Made by a program: the position numbers and the translations under genes
Assembly: GCF_009834535.1 (NCBI RefSeq)
Contig: NC_045696.1
Coordinates: 35,528,001-35,592,000 of the forward strand
From: Camelus ferus
Taxonomy: Eukaryota
Direction of reading: 5' to 3'
Length of the DNA: 64,000 nt
The notes under the pieces: model-generated
The model's input: the letters and a program-made list of their open reading frames with translations, nothing else
Databases searched by the model: none
What the model was told of the DNA's origin: nothing
Part shown: one piece after another, positions 63,796-64,000 of the stretch
Position numbering within the stretch: the stretch's first letter is position 1
Layout of the letters: each line of letters begins with the position of its first letter

Positions 63796-64000
63796 CCTGC
63801 CTCACATGACCATGCTGCTCTTGCTCTGTCTGGAGCAAATAGACAATCCTTCTTAAAATTGAAAAATTATGAATAAGTATTAAAATATGTGAAGTCAAGC
63901 TCTGAAACACCCTACTTTGATGTAATTGGTTTAGGCCCCAGTTCTTTCAAAATTGGAATTCATAAGTGTGGTGTAAAACAACTGTCAATATAATAAACCA

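Larger units (their letters stand above)
55619..64000 (+). other. EPHA3: 5' part of EPHA3 intron 5
   Basis: Starts gtgagt; the next expected exon (second FN3 repeat, APSPV...) is not seen in the window. Confidence 0.85.

Noticed and set aside
1..64000. CRISPR array, operon, intact ERV or processed pseudogene
   Set aside because: No repeat-spacer periodicity, long ORFs, gag/pol/env sequence or recognisable retrocopy seen; a highly decayed one cannot be excluded by eye.

Overview
AT-rich, CpG-depleted mammalian genomic DNA lying entirely inside the EPHA3 receptor tyrosine kinase gene (+ strand). The only coding sequence is two internal exons: 54415-54570 (156 nt, cysteine-rich/EGF-like region) and 55283-55618 (336 nt, first fibronectin type III repeat), matching exons 4 and 5 of human EPHA3. 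They are separated by a 712-nt GT-AG intron, with >54 kb of upstream intron and >8 kb of downstream intron in view. The rest is intronic and full of decayed repeats (L1, L2, MIR, MER58, MLT1 and MER21 LTRs, microsatellites). A short tRNA-Ala-like SINE and the young L1 3' ends suggest a camelid. All other ORFs in the track are chance or repeat-derived. I see no convincing new multi-gene system. The best leads are: (1) the exon 4-5 pair would back-splice into a 492-nt stop-free in-frame circle and is bracketed by inverted L1 3' fragments; (2) an apparent L1 3' transduction with a 12-bp TSD; (3) a possible intronic-polyadenylation soluble isoform after exon 5. Repeat family names are from recall of consensus sequences and their boundaries are approximate.
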